The notes beneath the pieces are model-generated. The model did no database searches and was not told the origin of the DNA. It saw only the letters and a list, made by a program, of their open reading frames with translations. This document shows, in pieces, positions 59,170-64,000 of a stretch of 64,000 nt of DNA. Made by a program: the position numbers and the translations under genes. Each line of letters starts with the position of its first letter. Positions within the stretch are counted from its first letter, which is position 1. This stretch comes from Candidatus Latescibacterota bacterium (GTDB lineage Bacteria; Latescibacterota; UBA2968; GCA-2709665). Where the stretch lies: contig OZ252100.1 in NCBI GenBank assembly GCA_965248435.1, positions 1,504,001-1,568,000 of the forward strand. The letters are read 5' to 3'.

Positions 59170-62100
59170 TGGACCTCACCCGCGGTATCGTCGGACGCCT
59201 CATCGCTCACGATATCCTTCAGTTGGTCGACCACCCTTTGTGCCTCTGCGTGATCTGGATCCCTCTCGAGGACATACTCGAGCGCGGCCAGCCCTTCGTG
59301 CTCCGCTTTGTTCTCCAGGAGCAGCACGGCGAGATAAACGTGCGCGTGCAGATCTTCCGGCACGGAGACCAGATAGCTCCGGAGGAGGTCCATCGACCGC
59401 TTTGGCTCATCCAGCTGGGCATAGACCATCGCGACGTTGTAAATGATGTTCGGGTCCTCAGGGCCGATTTCCGCAGCTCGATTCAACACCTCCAGAGCCT
59501 TGTCGAGCGCCCGGACTCCCAGAGAAGGACACCCAGGTTGCTTAAGGCTTCGGCGAATTCAGGATCCAATTGAATCGCCTCTTCGAACAGGCCGCGAGCT
59601 TTCTCGATCTCCCCGCCCTTGTAGAAACAGCGTGCCAGATAGTTCTTGATCCGGGAAGAACCGGGATGGCGAGCATCGAGCGTTTGCAAGACCTCCGTTG
59701 CGTCCCCGATCTGCTCCTCTTCGAGCAGGGCAGCCGCCAGGACGAGCGAGGCCTCGAGATAGTCCTCCTTTGCCTCCAGAGCGCGTCGATAGCAGGCGAT
59801 GGCAGAATCCGACTCCCCCGCGGCCCGGTGCAGGTCTCCGGTCTCCAACAGCGTCACGGCCTGCTGCTCGTGGCCCTCCTTCTCACCCGGAGTCTCCTCC
59901 GGACAGTCTACGAACGTGTCTCTGGCAATCACGGTCCGATATCCTTTCTGTCGACAACGACGACAAAAGTCCTGCAGAAACGCCCCGGTCTGGAAGCTGG
60001 CGTCGAAACCGCCAAGCGCCTTGAGGACCTCTACCCGAATCAGAAAACAGGCCGTGTCCACGCAGTCCGCATCATCCCGAAGGCCCCTTTCCCTCAGATA
60101 GAGTCGCCGTGCGAACTTCTGCATCTCTTTCTCTTGGCTCTTATATCCTGCCTTCACCCTCTGGACCTCTGACCCGAACGGCAGCCTCGGGGCGACGAGT
60201 GCGATTTCCGAATCGCACTCCATATGAGCGACCAGTTGCGTCAGCCAGTCTCTTGTCACCGCGACGTCGTCGCGCAGAACCACGACGTAACTCGCCCGAA
60301 GATCCCCGAGTTTCGCGTTCAGCAACGCAGGTCCCCCCGCTTCGTTCCCTTCGACCTCAAGGAGACGAAACGCCGCCCCGGAAAACCGCTGCAGGGAGGC
60401 GTTCACGCGTTCTGGGTCGCCGATTTCTGTGCGAACGAGCAGTAGATTCACTTCGGGCTTCTGGCCGTTCCCGTTGGCGCTTCCCTCAGACATGGGCACG
60501 TCCTCACCGAGGCCTTCGGACCGGATCTCAAGCTTCGTTTCCGACCGTCGGACTGCGTTTTTCCGGATCGCCCTGAGGCGCTCCAGCGCCCGCTCCGACG
60601 ACTTCTTCCAGGTCAAATGCTCGCGCACAAAAGCGCTTGCGACACGTCCCTTCTCTCGTGCCTCTTCCTGTTCCGAAATCACCCGCCTCATGGTCTGAGA
60701 CAGCGCATCACCATCTGGCTCGAGAATCCACGACGGTCCAGCCGTTTCCTCGGGAAAGGCGACTTCCTTTTCGACGGCCGGAACAAAATAGGCGCGCTCC
60801 TCAGAACAGAAATCGTCGCAGGCACCCCCACGTGTGACGATTACGGGAAGGCCGCACGCCATCGCCTCGGCAACCCCCAGTCCGAACCCCTCTCCTCGAT
60901 AGGGATGCACAAGGGCATCACATGCAGTGTAGAGGCCGGCGATTTCGGCGCCGTTCAGTTCGGAGGTCAGATAATGAATTTCCGGGCCGTTCGGGTCGGC
61001 CTGCAGCCGGCGTATCGTATCGCCTGCAGTTTGACCCTTGTAAAAGCTGTCGTCGCCCATGCCCTTGATCACCAGGCAGACGTCGTCCGAGCGTCGGAAG
61101 GCCTTCCAGAAGGCGTTCAACAGCACATCGATACCCTTCCGGTAGATCGTTCCGCCAACGAACAGAAACTTGAACCGCTTTTGGGTCTCCAGCGGGATCG
61201 GAGGGACGTCCGGGTGAAAGAGATCCGGATCCACGCCGAGTGGGACGACGTGAACTCGCTCTGGATCGATCCCGCTCTCTACGTAACATCGTTTGACGGA
61301 ATGGGTGTAGGCCCAGACCTCGTCAACGCCGTCTTGAATCGGTTTGACCCAGGACAGCGGAATCCGGCCGAACTCCCAGGGCTGCATCATCACCCAGTGC
61401 CCCTCCGGCGGCGGATTGAAGTCCGGCGGCCATCGGTGGCGCACGTGGAACTGGGCCGGACCCGTCAGATCGGCGGACATTCTCTCGGCGATCGGCCCGT
61501 ATCGCTTCGGGTCGACCTCAGGTCCAAAGGTCGCCGGTTCGAACGGAATCAACTTCAGTTCACATTCATCAGAGCGAATCAACTCCGATGTCAGCGACAT
61601 GTTAACGAGTGACAGGCTGTGCGTGACGAACTGTGTACCCTCCCAGCAGCCCCGCAGCACTTCCTGTTCGTCTTCTGGCGGAGTGGAGGCAGGAACACCT
61701 GAATCCGGCGCCGCGCCCACCTCGCGCGTCACCCTGGGGATGAATCTCCCGTCTCTATCGAACCTCCCCTCCCACCGCTCCGCGAATCGAACCAGATTCG
61801 GCTCCACGTGCTCGTACCGACCCTCTGTTTTTCCCTCGTGATGCTCCAGGACCGCGCCGGGACAATATCTCACTTTGTATCCAAGGTCACGCGCCCTCAA
61901 ACAGAGATCCACGTCCTCGACGCCGTTCACGTAGCCCTCGTCAAACCCGCCAAGACGCTCGAACAGGTCTCTTCGAATCAGCAGACAGGCGCCGGTGACC
62001 ATGTCCAGGTCTCGCGCCTCGTTCACGCCAGGATCCGCCGCGCCCGCGTTTCGGAAAACGTGATCGGGGGTGCCATCGATCATCTCGATCCCGGCGTGCT

Positions 62101-64000
62101 GGATCCGCTGGTCATCTGGATAGAGCAGCTTTGCACCCACGACGCCCACCCGAGGATCAGAGTCCGCCTCATCGATCATCGCTTCCAACCAGCCCGAATG
62201 CGGCAGCGTATCGTTGTTCAAGAACAGCAGGAACTCCCCTTTCGCCGCTCTGGCACCCAGATTGTTGGCCCTGGCGAACCCCAAATTCTCGCCGTTTCGA
62301 ATCACGCTGGCTTCGGGCTCCATCCCGGCCAGCAGTTCGCCCGTTCCGTCTGTAGACCCGTTGTCCACCAGGACGAGTTCGTGCCTCACCTCTGTCGTCA
62401 CTTTGAGGGTTTCGAGGCAGGCCTCCGTGTAAGCAGCCCCGTTGTAGAGGGCAATCACCACACTCGCCCGCGGCGGTCCTCCCGCGTCCCGGATCGTATG
62501 CGTCACTCTGTTTCGACAAACGAAGATGGTGGCCGCGTCGTCAGGCTCGACCCTGGATGAAATGATACACTGGCCAGGAAACTCCGTCTCGGGCGCCCAG
62601 GGCCTTTGCCCGAGGACCGTCGTTTCGGGGAAGACAGAACAGACCGATGCCTTCACCGCCTCGACACCCCCACCGTTGCCCATCCCGTTCGGAACGGACA
62701 GCAGGGCCACTCCGCCAGGTTTGAGTCCGCTCCGGATCTGTTCCAGTCGGCTCTCGAATTCAGATTCCTTCAGAACTTCCGTGCCGTCCATCCAAGTCAC
62801 GACGTCGTAAGCCCCGAATTCCGGCTCGGACTGCGTTGGATCCGCGACCTGCCACGCGATCTTCGCGTCACCGTAGCACCGCTGCAAGGGCGATGTCCGC
62901 CACCGATCCTCCCACAGCCTCCACCCTTTCGGCCACCCGCGCGGTCAATTTCGCACCATATCCCGATTTGCAGTCGAAGTGCAGGACCTCCGCCCCGTCC
63001 GCAAATCGCTGCGCCAGCAGATAACGCTTTGCCAACAGCAGAGACGTTGGGAGATCGACCGGCCCCCCCGGCTGGGCCTCGGCCCCATTCAGGGAGACGC
63101 TTCCATCCGGTTCGAATCGGGCGATCGTGAGTGAGCCATTCTGCGAAGCAGGGTCCGCCAGCTTCGTCTCCAGGGCCCGCCCAACCGCGTTTCCGAGCCG
63201 CTGCCTGGACGCCTCGTCCGTTCCCTGAAGGTATTCGGGAAAAATCAACACACGATTCTGTTTCTTCCCTTCATTCCAGAAAATCTGAAGCCCCTGTAAG
63301 AGCATCTCCCGACCGGCGGCCTGAACGCCGGCAACGACAGCGAATTCTGCGCCGCCGTTCGGCAGCCGCTCGAAGCCCACCCATCCGATCTCCCAGTTTT
63401 CTCCCCTGAGGACGGCTTCACACTCTTCGGGCCGGTAGGGCGCGATCGTGGAAAAATCCGTTGGAAACTGTTCCTTGAAGTAGGCGGACGGAAGCGGATA
63501 TCCCTGATCAGACTCGGCGACGGCCTGAGCGCGGAAGGCCTCTACCCAGAGACACTTCATCCCGTGCGACCAGACATACGACGTCTTCACCCTAGGAAAT
63601 CCGACCTCCCGGAGCAGCGCCTCGATCCGATCCGCCGTAAACCCTGTCTTGTGAAACTCGCCTGGATGTGTTTGGAGCCCGTAAAGGGTATCCAGGCGCC
63701 AGCCCCATCTCGCCTTTTCCGGAGTGTTCAACCACTGTTCCGTCACCCATTCCAGGTCGGGCAGGTTGAGGCGTAACACACCCTCGGGCTTGAGTACCCT
63801 GTGCCATTCCTTTAGGGCCGAAGGGACCTCGAACTTTCCGAGATGCTCCAGCATATGCGAGGAAAAGATCTCATCGACCGTGGCGTCGCCCAGCTCGAGA
63901 TTGAAAACATCCATCTGCAGATCGGCTGTCGGTACGTGGGCATCTACGTTGATGAACCCATCCCGTCTGTCTTCTCCACAGCCCAGATTCAAACGGATCG
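59166..64000 (-). pseudogene. Large methyltransferase + GT2 + GT4 + GT2 + TPR fusion gene, 5' end outside window, split by two frameshifts (~62887 and ~59510)
   Basis: ORFs 62868-64000 ('LNLGCG..SHMLEH'), 59483-62887 ('VDNGSTDGT', 'FLNND', 'EGFGL..AEAMACG') and 59166-59489 (TPR) read continuously across the junctions 'IAL(A)-QRCYG' and 'WESG-LDKALEVLNR'. Confidence 0.75.

Overview
GC-rich bacterial chromosomal window. The FlgD-Ig/'NFPNPFNP' C-terminal domains and dockerin-like modules suggest Latescibacterota or a related FCB-group lineage (inference, not determined). No rRNA, tRNA, CRISPR array, transposase or integrase was found. Left to right: (1) 1-16.4 kb, mostly + strand metabolic genes (ThuA-like, GT9, CbiX, MFS, a 1.24-kaa S8 protease with FG-GAP and dockerin-like modules, cysteine hydrolase, orphan beta-class DNA methyltransferase, two SDRs, TIM-barrel epimerase, threonine synthase, LOG, MBL hydrolase); (2) an SH3/TPR protein, prmA and hrcA-grpE-dnaJ without dnaK; (3) 23.9-42.9 kb, two paralogous giant secreted proteins (1962 and ~3078 aa) carrying DUF5666-like repeats plus both cohesin-like and dockerin-like modules, the larger with a temptin-like CxxCH N-terminal domain, flanking an extra sigma-70 factor, a REC protein and a matrixin lipoprotein; (4) glnA; (5) a late flagellar cluster (tandem-domain FlgM, FlgN, FliS, 1006-aa FliD, FlaG, a sigma28-driven flagellin and a sigma54-driven flagellin frameshifted at a G8 tract) followed by a probable flagellin glycosylation island. 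Intergenic DNA holds several repeat families. Best candidates for novelty: the cohesin/dockerin giant-protein system with recurrent Lys motifs, a 227-bp three-copy structured element with compensatory and G-U-preserving substitutions, and the possibly phase-variable second flagellin. All domain calls are by eye and need HMM confirmation.
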